Origin: an uncultured Bacillales bacterium
GTDB taxonomy: Bacteria > Bacillota_I > Bacilli_A > RFN20 > CAG-826
Length of the DNA: 64,000 bases
Assembly: GCA_946409515.1 (NCBI GenBank)
Contig: CAMJWS010000001.1
Coordinates: forward strand, 318,824-382,823
Reading direction: 5' to 3'
The notes beneath the pieces were generated by a model. It did no database searches and was not told the DNA's origin. It saw nothing but the letters and a program-made list of their open reading frames with translations. This document shows positions 28,878-39,648 of this stretch, piece by piece. A program made the position numbers and the translations under genes. Position 1 is the stretch's first letter, and each line of letters begins with the position of its first letter.

Positions 28878-30197
28878 ATGATAGTCGTTTGTATGATTGC
28901 TACTATCGTCATTTCTGCTATTACATTCCTAGGAATCACTCTATCTACATTACTCTTCCCTAGAATCAAATTAGGTAAGATTTATTTAGATACATATTGG
29001 CTTATCGCTTTATTAGGAGCGATTGTTTTAGTGGCCACTACTTTATGCCCAATTAAAGAGATTGGTGCTTCTTGGACTAGTAGCGCTGCAATTAATCCAC
29101 TGAAGATATTAGTTTTATTCTTTTCGATGACCATCCTTTCTATTTTCTTAGATGAAGTTGGTCTATTTAGATTCCTTGCTTGCTTTGCAGTTAAGCACGC
29201 GAAGAACAGTCAAACCGCATTATTCTTTATCCTCTACTTTTTAGTGGCGTTCCTTACAGTATTCACCTCTAACGATATCGTGATATTAACATTCACACCA
29301 TTTATTTGTTTCTTCTGTAAGAGAACTAAGATTTCACCTCTTCCATTTTTAATCGCGGAGTTTACCGCTGCTAATACATGGTCAATGATGTTTGTAATTG
29401 GTAATCCTACAAATATCTATCTAGCAACTTCCGCGAATATTACCTTCATCGATTATTTCAAAGTGATGGCTATTCCAACCTTATGTGCTGGCTTGGTGGA
29501 GATTCTTATTATCTATCTCTTATTCCGTAAGAAACTTGGACAAGTATTAAGTTGTGAAGACTGTGAAACAGTCCATATTGAAAGTAAGTTTGATTTAATT
29601 GTTGGTGTCACTCACTTACTAGTGTGCTTAGTCTTCCTTATCATCTCTCCATATATTCATCTAGATATGTGGCTCATATCTCTGATATGCGCAGTATCAT
29701 TATTAGTCTTTGTTATTATCACTAGATTAGTAAGAAGAAAACAGTGGCATTATTTAGTTAATCCACTTAAAAGATTACCTTATCAATTAATCCCATTTGT
29801 TTTATCAATGAGTATTATTGTTATTGCGCTTCACTATCAAGGAGTGGCAGAGAAAATCGGCGAATTATTAAATACCGTATCGCCTATCTTATCTTATGGC
29901 GCCTCTTCTTTCATCATGGCTAATATGGTCAATAATATCCCAATGTCTATCTTATTTGCGGATGTCCCATTAGCCTTAGAAGGGCAGGCATATTATCAAG
30001 CAATCTACGCGACGATTATTGGTAGTAACATTGGTGCTTTCTTAACACCAGTTGGCGCTTTAGCGGGTATTATGTTTCAAAGTCTATTATCAAAATACGA
30101 AGTCAAGTTTACATTCAAAGACTTCGTTAAATATGGATCTATCATTAGTGTTCCAGTAATCGCTACCGCGTTAGCGGTCTTATTAGTAATGCTTTAA
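28878..30197 (+). CDS. ArsB/NhaD-superfamily anion permease (YbiR-like)
   Basis: 439-aa polytopic membrane protein with the duplicated-halves architecture typical of CitMHS/ArsB permeases. Confidence 0.6.
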   Translation: MIVVCMIATIVISAITFLGITLSTLLFPRIKLGKIYLDTYWLIALLGAIVLVATTLCPIKEIGASWTSSAAINPLKILVLFFSMTILSIFLDEVGLFRFLACFAVKHAKNSQTALFFILYFLVAFLTVFTSNDIVILTFTPFICFFCKRTKISPLPFLIAEFTAANTWSMMFVIGNPTNIYLATSANITFIDYFKVMAIPTLCAGLVEILIIYLLFRKKLGQVLSCEDCETVHIESKFDLIVGVTHLLVCLVFLIISPYIHLDMWLISLICAVSLLVFVIITRLVRRKQWHYLVNPLKRLPYQLIPFVLSMSIIVIALHYQGVAEKIGELLNTVSPILSYGASSFIMANMVNNIPMSILFADVPLALEGQAYYQAIYATIIGSNIGAFLTPVGALAGIMFQSLLSKYEVKFTFKDFVKYGSIISVPVIATALAVLLVML

Positions 30198-30958
30198 TCA
30201 AGTAGTTCTATAGGCGCAGCGAAAGCATAGTTAAAGCCATTCATAAAGCCAATGTAATATGTTTTGTTCTGATGCCATGCTTTTTCATTTTCTTTATATT
30301 GCTTAAGAAAAATATTATGCACTTCTTCATAATGCGATGAATTGATGTCTTTAAGGTAATTTAATAAGCAAATTAGAAGTTTAACCGCTTTCATTTGATA
30401 TCTTTTGATAACAAATATCGCCACTTTAAAAACTCTTTCATATAAGTCCTTATAGCCCTTGCTATACAAATAAGGCAATAATCCAGTAAATCTTGATACA
30501 TCACTAACAATGTATTTATCTGCGTCTTTTGTGCCAATGTTAGTGTAGAAATACTTGGTGTCCCCTACTAGGTAATTAATAGACATTGTGTGGATACCCA
30601 TGCCAGTTATATCCGCTACTTCTTTCATAAAAACAATATCAGCATAAGGTAGATTCTCTTCTTTAATGAGGAACTCGGTAACTTCCACTAAAGAAGTAAG
30701 ATATTCTTCATCAGGACAATAGATATAAAATAGCCCATCATAATCTTTTGGGAATATATCTCTTGGCTCTTTCTTTTTCTCTATTACCGCTTTAAAATTA
30801 GCAATTCTTTTTAGATATTCTTGCTTGTGATAAGCAATAAAATCTTCAATGGTTAGTCCTTCGCTGGCTAATATTGATGGATTTTCCACTAGTTCAGAAT
30901 CCAAATACAAATCTGTCAGGCGTTTTACTTTTGCAATTCTATCCATATTAGGCCTCAT
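30194..30958 (-). CDS. Hypothetical protein
   Basis: 254-aa ORF with no recognisable motif. Confidence 0.4.
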   Translation of the reverse strand: MRPNMDRIAKVKRLTDLYLDSELVENPSILASEGLTIEDFIAYHKQEYLKRIANFKAVIEKKKEPRDIFPKDYDGLFYIYCPDEEYLTSLVEVTEFLIKEENLPYADIVFMKEVADITGMGIHTMSINYLVGDTKYFYTNIGTKDADKYIVSDVSRFTGLLPYLYSKGYKDLYERVFKVAIFVIKRYQMKAVKLLICLLNYLKDINSSHYEEVHNIFLKQYKENEKAWHQNKTYYIGFMNGFNYAFAAPIELLD

Positions 30959-31586
30959 ATTTCCTTAATCTATTAAACATATAGATAGGCACCATAATCA
31001 TCGCTACTGCGATAATTAATGGGAAATAACTATTTAAGATTCTCATAAACGGTAAGTCACGATAATGAGAAATGGTCTTATATAAGAATTCTTGAATAAT
31101 AACAGCGTCAGCGAGAGCAGAGACAAATATCATTTCTTTAATACCAATGACCATAATGTCATTTTTTTCTAATGCACCTCTCAAATTGATGATTGATAAA
31201 ACAAACATCAAGATAACAAAGGCAATAAAGATATAACCAATCACACCTTTAAAGTTATTCTTACTAGATGTATCAATGCCTCCGACTTTAAGAGCAGCAA
31301 ATAAGAGGAACAGGACTGCAAAAGATAACGCTAAAATCATCATGATAAAATATGATTTCTTTTTAGTTTTTCTATCAGCGTTCATATCTTTCCAGAAAAT
31401 GAACTTACAAGCACAGACCACAGCTGTGGATAAAGAAGCAATAATTAAAATTATTGAGTTAGAGATAACACCTAAACCAATTTTATAAAGGAAAGACACT
31501 AATGAGATAAGCGCCATTAAAAGAGCAATTTTCTTAGGTGTGATTAATTTGCTTTTCTTTTTGCTTTTCTTCTTCCCTTTAGCCAT
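30948..31586 (-). CDS. Hypothetical membrane protein with Lys-rich N-terminus
   Basis: 212 aa; 5-6 hydrophobic segments. Confidence 0.4.
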   Translation of the reverse strand: MAKGKKKSKKKSKLITPKKIALLMALISLVSFLYKIGLGVISNSIILIIASLSTAVVCACKFIFWKDMNADRKTKKKSYFIMMILALSFAVLFLLFAALKVGGIDTSSKNNFKGVIGYIFIAFVILMFVLSIINLRGALEKNDIMVIGIKEMIFVSALADAVIIQEFLYKTISHYRDLPFMRILNSYFPLIIAVAMIMVPIYMFNRLRKYEA

Positions 31587-31595
31587 AATATGTCC

Positions 31596-33323
31596 TTATT
31601 TATACTGTGAAGAATATAAGGAATAGTAGAATCCTTGTTTCTTCATTAATTCTTGATGGTTACCTGTTTCTACGATTGCACCATCTTTCATAACAATAAT
31701 AATATCCGCTTTTTCGATTGTTGATAACCTATGAGCGATAACTATTGATGTTTTATCTTTCATCATATAATCAAAAGCGTCAGTAATAAGCTTTTCACTA
31801 CGAGTATCAATATTGGATGTAGCTTCATCTAAAATCACTAGTTCTGGATTAAGCAACATAATTCTAGCGATAGCGATCATCTGTCTTTGACCTTCAGATA
31901 AGCCGTGTTTATTACTAACCTTAGTTAAATAGCCGTTAGGTAAAGTATTAATGAAGATATCAGCGTGAGCCTTCTTCGCAGCTTCTTTAACTTCTTCTTC
32001 ACTAGCCTCTTTCTTATAGTAACGGATGTTATCTAAGATTGTGCCAGTAAAAATCCAAGTATCTTGAAGAACCATACCAACATGGCTTCTTAAAGATTCT
32101 TTTTTAATATCTAAATATGATTGGTTATTGATGTTAATAAGACCACTATTAGGATCATAGAAACGCATCAATAAATTAATGAGAGTTGTCTTGCCCGCAC
32201 CTGTTGGTCCAACGATAGCAACTTTCTGTCCTTTTTTGATTTCTAAAATGAAGTTTTCAATGAGCTTTCTATTAGTGTCATAGCTGAAAGACATATCCTT
32301 AAATTCAATGCTATCAATGCTTTCGATTTTGCCTTCTCCATTATTGATATCATCATCAATATTTAAGAAGTCATTTATTCTTCTAAGTGACGCTTTTGCG
32401 TTCTCAAATTCTGAGACAACATTAGAGATTTCGTTGAATGGTTTTGAGTATTGATTTGTGTATGATAAGAAGCTTGATAAACGGCCAATAGACATTACCG
32501 CAAAGACAGTAATTAAATCATCATTAAAGCCAAGCATAATGATACCTGCAACGCCAATAATGACATAAATAATGTTATTTACTAATCTAGTGCTTGGATT
32601 GACCCATGAAGCCGAAAACTGCGCAATTCTCCCCTCTTTTTTAAGTTTTCCATTTATTTCATTAAATTCCTGAATTGCGGCCTTTTCATAGTTCAAAGAC
32701 TGCACTATATCGATATTATTGAGTGTTTCTAAGGAGGATGCGGACAGGTTTGCTTGTAGTTCTGACTGCTTTTTATAGTGTTTATAGGAGAATGATGAAA
32801 CAATCTTTGCCATCAGCATACTTAACGGGGTTAAGATGATTACTCCAAGGGCTAAAATCCAGTTCACCATCACCATCATAATAATGGTAATAATGACGGT
32901 GAAAATACCTTGCATCAAAGTCTTAAATACAGCGAATAAACCACTAGCGAAATTCTCCATATCCCTGATCTCAAGTTGGACAATATCACCGTGTCTTTTA
33001 TTATCAAAATCCTTTAAAGACATAGCATTAATTTTTTGATACACATCGTCTCTTGCTTTCTTGATTGCCTTTTGTGAAACGTTCATCACAATGACTTCAA
33101 ATAAGTAGCCAAAAACAATACCAATAATGATTAAACCTAAGGCCACGAATACATAGATATTAAATAGTTGATGATTACTATCTTTAGAGGCATCAAGCGC
33201 TCTACCTAATAAGAAAGGTTGGGCTATTTGAGCAATAACAAAGAGCAATGAAAAGACTAACGCAATCACGAGTGATTTACGCATTGGCTTTAGGTAACTG
33301 AAAAGTCTTTGTTTGCTAGTCAT
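31596..33323 (-). CDS. ABC transporter, fused permease/ATP-binding subunit (type I exporter, heterodimer partner B)
   Basis: Six TM helices followed by Walker A (GPTGAGKTT), signature (LSEGQRQ) and Walker B motifs. Confidence 0.9.
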   Translation of the reverse strand: MTSKQRLFSYLKPMRKSLVIALVFSLLFVIAQIAQPFLLGRALDASKDSNHQLFNIYVFVALGLIIIGIVFGYLFEVIVMNVSQKAIKKARDDVYQKINAMSLKDFDNKRHGDIVQLEIRDMENFASGLFAVFKTLMQGIFTVIITIIMMVMVNWILALGVIILTPLSMLMAKIVSSFSYKHYKKQSELQANLSASSLETLNNIDIVQSLNYEKAAIQEFNEINGKLKKEGRIAQFSASWVNPSTRLVNNIIYVIIGVAGIIMLGFNDDLITVFAVMSIGRLSSFLSYTNQYSKPFNEISNVVSEFENAKASLRRINDFLNIDDDINNGEGKIESIDSIEFKDMSFSYDTNRKLIENFILEIKKGQKVAIVGPTGAGKTTLINLLMRFYDPNSGLININNQSYLDIKKESLRSHVGMVLQDTWIFTGTILDNIRYYKKEASEEEVKEAAKKAHADIFINTLPNGYLTKVSNKHGLSEGQRQMIAIARIMLLNPELVILDEATSNIDTRSEKLITDAFDYMMKDKTSIVIAHRLSTIEKADIIIVMKDGAIVETGNHQELMKKQGFYYSLYSSQYK

Positions 33324-33324
33324 C

Positions 33325-35121
33325 TTATTCCTTTCTAATTTGGGTTTCATAAATCTCTTTATAGATTGGGCAGTTCATTAATAGGTCATTATGCTTACCT
33401 TGACCCACAACTTGTCCACCTTCTAACACTAAAATATAGTCAGCGTGTTGAATGGTAGACACTCTTTGAGAAACGATGACTTTAGTCATATCTTTAAAAC
33501 TATTGATAGTTTCTCTAATACGTTTATCCGTTAATAAATCTAACGCTGATGTGGAATCATCTAGGATTAAGATATTTGGTTTACGAATGAGCGCTCTAGC
33601 GATACACAATCTTTGTTTTTGACCGCCAGAGAAGTTCAGTCCACCTTCATTGACTTCATGATTAATACCATCTTCATACTTACTCACAAATTCATATGCT
33701 TGCGCTTGTTTTAAAGCGTTGATGATATCTTCATCACTAGCGGCAGGATTACTCATTAAGAAGTTAGATTTAATTGTGCCTTTAAATAAAGATGATTTTT
33801 GATTAACTAAGCCAATATCATTTCTTAAATCATTTAAGTTATAGTCCTTCAAAGAAACTCCTTGATACAAGACATCACCCTTAGATGCATCATAGAATCT
33901 TTCGATTAAATTAATAACTGTGGACTTACCACTACCAGTACCACCAATAACACCAAAAGTTTCACCTTTTCTAATTTGGAAATCTAAATCATTTAAGAAG
34001 TAATTATCATCATCCATAAATGAGAAACTGACATGATTAAATCTAATTAAAGGGGCCTTATTATCGATAAGATACTGCTTATTTTCATTAACGATTGATG
34101 GATTAATAGAAAGAACACTATCGATTCTTTTAGAGGAGACATGAGCCTTAACAATCTCAATAATTACTTGTGAGAATTGGACCACTACAAAGAAGATTTG
34201 AGATAAGTAAGCCATCTCTGCAATGATGGTAGAAGCTACTTGTGTATTAGAGGCACTAAATAAGCTATTTTGTAAGAGCAAGATAATAACAATTAAGACA
34301 ATTGATGTGATGGCGAATGTTAAAGGATTAATTAATGAGTTAATGCGATTAACTTTAATGGCCTTATCTTGATAGGCATTTGTCTTAATCGCAAATTCAT
34401 TATTTTCTCTATCTTGTTGATTAGAGGCTCTGACCACTCTTGCGCCATCTGTAGTTTCGCTTGTTTTATTACTTAAATCATCTAAGTCATTTTGGATTTC
34501 AACATAGCCTTTAGATGATTTTCTTAGGACTAGGAAGTTCACTAAGAAGATTAGAGGAACAATCGCAGTAAAGGCTAAGCCCACTCTCCAATCTAAAATA
34601 AATGACATCACTAATGAGCCAATCAATATGAATGGAGCGCGTATCACTAATCTCACAAACAAAAGAACACCATGTTGTAGCTGGTATGTGTCACTATTTA
34701 TCACTGTTAATAGTTTAGAATTACTAACTTGTTCTCTTTCCTTTTTAGAGAGCTTAAGCATCTTATCATATAAGGATTCTCTAACTTCAGTGCCCACTGC
34801 TACTGAAGAAACAGCGGCGATATACTGACTAATCATGGTCAAACCATATCCAACAACACCCATAATCAGGATAATTAAGCCACCCACTAAAGCATCACTA
34901 ATAGTGTTATTAGAGAAATTAAACGCTCTTATAAAAGATGCCACAGAAGAGGAGATCTTATTTGGAATAGATTCAGGATTACCATATTGATTTAAATCAA
35001 TAATAGCCTTCATAAATAAAGGTATTAATAAATCAAAGATTGCTTCTATGATTTTAATAAATGGTCCTAGAGCAATACTGAGGATATTGTGTTTATATGA
35101 ATCAGATACTTTTTTAATCAT
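33325..35121 (-). CDS. ABC transporter, fused permease/ATP-binding subunit (type I exporter, heterodimer partner A)
   Basis: Six TM helices followed by GGTGSGKST, FSGGQKQRLCIARAL and ILILDDSTSALD motifs. Confidence 0.9.
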   Translation of the reverse strand: MIKKVSDSYKHNILSIALGPFIKIIEAIFDLLIPLFMKAIIDLNQYGNPESIPNKISSSVASFIRAFNFSNNTISDALVGGLIILIMGVVGYGLTMISQYIAAVSSVAVGTEVRESLYDKMLKLSKKEREQVSNSKLLTVINSDTYQLQHGVLLFVRLVIRAPFILIGSLVMSFILDWRVGLAFTAIVPLIFLVNFLVLRKSSKGYVEIQNDLDDLSNKTSETTDGARVVRASNQQDRENNEFAIKTNAYQDKAIKVNRINSLINPLTFAITSIVLIVIILLLQNSLFSASNTQVASTIIAEMAYLSQIFFVVVQFSQVIIEIVKAHVSSKRIDSVLSINPSIVNENKQYLIDNKAPLIRFNHVSFSFMDDDNYFLNDLDFQIRKGETFGVIGGTGSGKSTVINLIERFYDASKGDVLYQGVSLKDYNLNDLRNDIGLVNQKSSLFKGTIKSNFLMSNPAASDEDIINALKQAQAYEFVSKYEDGINHEVNEGGLNFSGGQKQRLCIARALIRKPNILILDDSTSALDLLTDKRIRETINSFKDMTKVIVSQRVSTIQHADYILVLEGGQVVGQGKHNDLLMNCPIYKEIYETQIRKE

Positions 35122-35187
35122 CTAATACATAATATCACTTAATAGCAATTAGTTTAATCGCTATTATTTTATTTATGAGCGTAAAGG

Positions 35188-37224
35188 TTGAATGGCATTC
35201 ACTTTTTGCTTTATAATAGCGTCATGAAATTTGGAATTCTTGTTAAAAAAATTAGACAAAGATATAGACTCACACAAAAGGAATTAGCGGACGCTCTTGG
35301 CTATTCTCATAAGTCTATGATCAGCAAAATCGAAAAAGGCGAAACAGAAATGAGCTATGATAAAGCCGTTCTTCTTGTAGAGAAGTTTGGTTTAAACGCT
35401 AACGAATTATTTTTTGAAATTAATGAAAAACCATCTTTAGATGGTCGTGATAAAAAGATTGTGACTATCCAAGATATTTCTTGTTATGGTCAATGCTCAA
35501 TTACTGTGGCTCTCCCTATCTTAAGTGCCTGTGGTTATGAAACCGCTATTTTACCAACATCTATTCTTTCTACTCATACCTCTGGTTTCCATGGTTTCGA
35601 ATATAAAGATATGGATGAGGAATTAGATAAATTCCTTAAACACTGGGATAGAGAAAATTTAGGATTTGACGCTATCTATACTGGTTATTTAGGCAGTGTC
35701 TCCTTAGTGGACTTTACCTTAAGAGCAATTAAACAATTAAAGAAAGAAAACTCTTTGGTAATTGTTGATCCTGCCATGGGTGATAAAGGTAAATTATATC
35801 CAGCGTTTAATGAAGAATACGCACTAAAAATGCGTGAACTCATCAAAGAAGCGGATATCATCTTACCAAACATTACAGAAGCCGCTTATATGAGTGGCGT
35901 TGCTTATAAAGAAAAATACGACAAGCCATATATCGAAAACTTAGTGAAAGAATTAAGCAAATATACATCCGCGAAGATTATTCTTACTGATGTTTCTTTC
36001 CAAAAGAACACCACTGGTGTCTTTATCTATGATAATGGCTATATGCAATATTATAAGCATCACAAGATTGGTAACGGTTATCATGGCACAGGTGATATCT
36101 TCTCTTCTACCTTCGTCGCCTCTTACTTAAAGAACCGTGAATTATATCTATCCGTTAAAATGGCTGCGGATTATGTCTATCGATGTATTAACTACACCCA
36201 AAGTGATAAGAATCACTGGTATGGGGTGAAATTTGAACCATTATTAAATGGATTAGTTAATAAATTAAATGATATCGAAAGGACAAATAGAAAAATGATC
36301 TTAAAACATGTCGACGAAGCAGTCGGTAAAACTCCATTAGTGGAGCTCACAAATTACGAACAAAACTTAAAATTAAACGCGAGAATTATCGCTAAAGTTG
36401 AATACTTCAACCCAGCAGGTTCTGTCAAAGACAGAATCGCTAAAGCGATGATTGATAAAGGTGAAAAAGATGGCTTAATTAAGAAAGATACAATCTTAAT
36501 TGAACCAACAAGTGGTAATACAGGTATTGGCTTAGCTATGGTCAGTGCCGCACGTGGCTATCGCTTAATCATCACAATGCCTGAAACCATGTCTATTGAA
36601 AGAAGAAACCTTTTAAAAGCCTACGGTGCAGAACTCGTCTTAACTGATGGTAAGTTAGGTATGAAAGGCGCTATCGCTAAAGCGGAAGAATTACACGCTC
36701 AATATCCTAACAGTGTGATTCCAAGCCAATTCACAAACCCCGCTAATCCAAACGCCCACTACTTAACAACGGGTCCAGAAATTTTTGAAGAATTAAGTGG
36801 TCGCGTTGATATCTTTGTGGCTGGTGTTGGTACTGGTGGCACAATCTCTGGTGTTGGTAAATACTTAAAAGAACAAAATCCAGAAATTAAGATTGTTGCA
36901 GTTGAACCAGAATCTTCTCCAGTCTTATCAAAAGGCACACCTGGTCCACATAAGATTCAAGGTATTGGTGCAGGCTTTGTTCCTCAAACACTTAATACTG
37001 AAATCTATGATGAAATTATCACAGTTTCAAACGAAGATGCCTTCGCTACTGGTAAGACCTTAGCAAGAAAAGAAGGCTTACTTGTTGGTATCTCTAGTGG
37101 CGCGGCTGTGAAGGCGGCAACTATCTTAGCCCAACGTAAAGAAAATCAAAGTAAAACTATCGTGGTTCTCTTACCAGATACTGGTGAAAGATACTTATCC
37201 ACAGACATGTTCAAAGAAGAATAG
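35188..37224 (+). CDS. Tri-domain fusion: HTH_XRE DNA-binding domain + pyridoxal kinase (PdxY/PdxK) + cysteine synthase/O-acetylserine sulfhydrylase (CysK)
   Basis: aa 13-80 are an XRE helix-turn-helix ([26 protein letters not shown]). aa about 88-360 match PdxY ([27 protein letters not shown]). aa about 368-678 are CysK ([16 protein letters not shown] lysine motif, [17 protein letters not shown]). The reading frame is uninterrupted. Confidence 0.75.
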   Translation: MNGIHFLLYNSVMKFGILVKKIRQRYRLTQKELADALGYSHKSMISKIEKGETEMSYDKAVLLVEKFGLNANELFFEINEKPSLDGRDKKIVTIQDISCYGQCSITVALPILSACGYETAILPTSILSTHTSGFHGFEYKDMDEELDKFLKHWDRENLGFDAIYTGYLGSVSLVDFTLRAIKQLKKENSLVIVDPAMGDKGKLYPAFNEEYALKMRELIKEADIILPNITEAAYMSGVAYKEKYDKPYIENLVKELSKYTSAKIILTDVSFQKNTTGVFIYDNGYMQYYKHHKIGNGYHGTGDIFSSTFVASYLKNRELYLSVKMAADYVYRCINYTQSDKNHWYGVKFEPLLNGLVNKLNDIERTNRKMILKHVDEAVGKTPLVELTNYEQNLKLNARIIAKVEYFNPAGSVKDRIAKAMIDKGEKDGLIKKDTILIEPTSGNTGIGLAMVSAARGYRLIITMPETMSIERRNLLKAYGAELVLTDGKLGMKGAIAKAEELHAQYPNSVIPSQFTNPANPNAHYLTTGPEIFEELSGRVDIFVAGVGTGGTISGVGKYLKEQNPEIKIVAVEPESSPVLSKGTPGPHKIQGIGAGFVPQTLNTEIYDEIITVSNEDAFATGKTLARKEGLLVGISSGAAVKAATILAQRKENQSKTIVVLLPDTGERYLSTDMFKEE

Positions 37225-37241
37225 TAAACAACAAAAACAAA

Positions 37242-37275
37242 GGAGACGGGTAGCAATTCCGTCTCCTTTTTATTT
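37242..37275. terminator. Bidirectional intrinsic terminator
   Basis: GGAGACGGGTAGCAATTCCGTCTCC hairpin flanked by an A-run and a T-run. Confidence 0.7.
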
Positions 37276-37362
37276 ACTTTTTTATTCTTATTTGGTTTAA
37301 TGAATTTGCTGGATGTTATTGTTGCACGATCATCATTGATGAATCTGTGTCCTTCCAGTTTT

Positions 37363-37734
37363 TTATTTGCATTTTTTATTCTTTTTTGTTTTAATATTTT
37401 TGCCGGATTCGCTATTATTGCGACTATTACTAGTCTGCAGGTCTCCGGCTTTTTTAATATCAGGATAACTAACATCTACGTTTTGTCGAATCTCTAGTTT
37501 TCTTGAACTAAAACGATTTTTTGAATCTTTCTGTTCTTGCTTTACTATGTACATTGGCTTGTCCCCACCACTCACAAGGGGATTTTTCTTTTTCCAATTC
37601 TTCTTTCCACCTGAAGTTTTGGAATGTGTCACACGATGGAAGATGTACTTATTCCCTTCTTCATCCACAATATAAGCTGGGTGTCCGTTTCTAAAATAAA
37701 TTCTAAAATGTCTTTCAAAGATTTTGTTTTTCAT
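37363..37734 (-). CDS. Hypothetical basic protein (Lys-rich C-terminus)
   Basis: 123-aa ORF with GGAGG RBS; no recognisable motif. Confidence 0.4.
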   Translation of the reverse strand: MKNKIFERHFRIYFRNGHPAYIVDEEGNKYIFHRVTHSKTSGGKKNWKKKNPLVSGGDKPMYIVKQEQKDSKNRFSSRKLEIRQNVDVSYPDIKKAGDLQTSNSRNNSESGKNIKTKKNKKCK

Positions 37735-37770
37735 TAAAAAACCTCCTATTAATTAAATAGGAGGCTTTTT
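37731..37770 (-). terminator. Intrinsic terminator after the PP2C-HATPase gene; its 3' arm doubles as the RBS of the next gene
   Basis: CCTCCTATTAATTAAATAGGAGG hairpin followed, on the minus strand, by UUUUUUAAUG. Confidence 0.6.
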
Positions 37771-37789
37771 TCAATTTTGTCCGAAAAAC

Positions 37790-39646
37790 TTAGAACTTCT
37801 TTTTCAAAGTAACAATATTCTTGTGATTGATATAGTCATAGGCGTATTCACTCATTAACTTCTTAACAATTAATATGCCTAAACCACCCTCCGCTCGTTT
37901 AGCGTAGTTGCCATCAAGTGGCTCATTATTAACGGTAAATGGATCGAACTTATCCGCTCTATCGATAATGGTCATAACGAATTCGTTTTGATCTTCATTA
38001 TAGAGCAATCTGATGAATATATCATCAGTGTATTCAGCGTAGCCGTATTTAATGATGTTAGATAGCATTTCATCAGCGACAACACATAAGCTATTAATGA
38101 AGCCTTCTTCAATGTTCATTTCATGAGCGAATTCTTCAATTAAACCAATCATCTTTGGAAGGCTATCTTTTTCGCCTCTAAATGTTTCTTGCTTATATAG
38201 ATATCTATCACCATGATATTTCATTGTGATATAAGTCATATCATCCGCTTGATCTTCACCATCAACGAATCTTTCAATATCGTCTTTTAAGGTGTGATGC
38301 AATTCTAATAAGCAGGAATACTTCTTCGCGTTAAATAAAGCGATTAAACGGTCTTCTCCATAGAATAAACCCTTAGAGTTACGGGCTTCGGTAATGCCGT
38401 CTGTATATAAAGTTAAAGTATCACCATTTTTAAGTTGATATTTCTCATTAGTGACGAATACATCTTTAAGAGGTCCTAAGACAAAACCTGGTTTACATTT
38501 TAAGTAATGATAGTCTTGTTTTTGACCAACAATAGGAGGATTGTGTCCCGCATTTGCGAAGTTCATCTCACCTGTTTTAGTGTTGATTACTGCATAGAAG
38601 CAGGTCACAAACATATTGGAGTCATTGCCTTTATTAATGATTCTATTAACTTCTTTTAAGACCTCTTCTGGAGTTTTATCAATAGAAGCACAGTTTCTAA
38701 AGCAAGTAATGGTTTTCATCATAAACATTGCCGCTGGAATACCTTTACCAGAGACATCAGCGATGACTAATGCTGCGTGTTCATTATCAAGCAAGAAATA
38801 GTCATAGAAGTCACCACCAACGTGCTTCGCTGCTTTTAGTTCTGCTTGAATTTCAATATCTTCACTAGTGACGAATTCCGTTGGTAATGTCGCCATTTGA
38901 ATCTCTTTAGCGACGTCTAATTCTGTTCTAGTCTTTTCTTGTTCACTATTAACACTAATTTCTTGTTTTAATAATTTATAAGTTCTGACGTTTAAGGAGT
39001 TCGAAACAACAAAGATCAACGCTAAGAGCAAAGCTCTTGGTAAGAAAGTAAAAGTCAAAGCTTGTAAGTATCTATTTTGACCTGCTACTAATTGTTCGTG
39101 TAATAAGTCATAACGTTCTTTAACACCAAAGACTTCTACCGCATCACCATTAACGACTTCTTTAATACCTAAGATATTCGCGTCATATTCACCTACGAAC
39201 AAAGATAAGAATAAGCAAAGTAACATTAAAATAGAAATCACACCAAAGGTGATTCTACCTAACTTAGGATTATAGTAATGGTTAGTCATAATGATACATA
39301 ATGCCCAACCAATAAATGAGTTCCTTGGTAAGATGACATTAAGTACGGCGATAATCATCACGAAAGAGAAAACCACAAAGAACTTATAATTTGGTTTCTT
39401 TAAAGCCTTCTTAAACTTAAATACATATAGCAAAGGCGTTAATAAGATAACGATACTAATTGGGAAGGCAATATTGATTAAAGGCATGATTTGAGGTGAA
39501 GCATAGAATGCCCCTGTCATATAGCAAATCCAAATGCCTAAAAGCAAAGCCGCACCAAAAGCGTTAGCGATACTCATCTGTTTGTTCGCATCCGCTTCGT
39601 TTTCGTAATAAGCTTCTAAATATTTATTTCTCTCAAACTCAGTCAT
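37790..39646 (-). CDS. Membrane-anchored PP2C (SpoIIE/RsbU-type) phosphatase fused to a C-terminal GHKL (RsbW-like HATPase_c) kinase domain
   Basis: About 6 N-terminal TM helices; central SpoIIE domain (ADVSGKGIPAAMFM, DGITEA); C-terminal HATPase_c (ADEMLSNIIKYG...GGLGILIVKKL). Confidence 0.75.
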   Translation of the reverse strand: MTEFERNKYLEAYYENEADANKQMSIANAFGAALLLGIWICYMTGAFYASPQIMPLINIAFPISIVILLTPLLYVFKFKKALKKPNYKFFVVFSFVMIIAVLNVILPRNSFIGWALCIIMTNHYYNPKLGRITFGVISILMLLCLFLSLFVGEYDANILGIKEVVNGDAVEVFGVKERYDLLHEQLVAGQNRYLQALTFTFLPRALLLALIFVVSNSLNVRTYKLLKQEISVNSEQEKTRTELDVAKEIQMATLPTEFVTSEDIEIQAELKAAKHVGGDFYDYFLLDNEHAALVIADVSGKGIPAAMFMMKTITCFRNCASIDKTPEEVLKEVNRIINKGNDSNMFVTCFYAVINTKTGEMNFANAGHNPPIVGQKQDYHYLKCKPGFVLGPLKDVFVTNEKYQLKNGDTLTLYTDGITEARNSKGLFYGEDRLIALFNAKKYSCLLELHHTLKDDIERFVDGEDQADDMTYITMKYHGDRYLYKQETFRGEKDSLPKMIGLIEEFAHEMNIEEGFINSLCVVADEMLSNIIKYGYAEYTDDIFIRLLYNEDQNEFVMTIIDRADKFDPFTVNNEPLDGNYAKRAEGGLGILIVKKLMSEYAYDYINHKNIVTLKKKF

Positions 39647-39648
39647 AA

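Noticed and set aside
36290-36330. Possible internal start ([18 protein letters not shown]) that would make CysK a separate gene from the HTH-PdxK part
   Set aside because: There is no in-frame stop codon upstream to terminate the PdxK part, and only a weak, badly spaced RBS-like AAGGA. A continuous fusion is the simpler reading, though independent translation of a CysK-only isoform cannot be excluded.
37146-37475. 109-aa minus-strand ORF overlapping the terminator and the 3' end of the 123-aa gene
   Set aside because: It overlaps the bidirectional terminator hairpin and another ORF in a different frame, and has no RBS.
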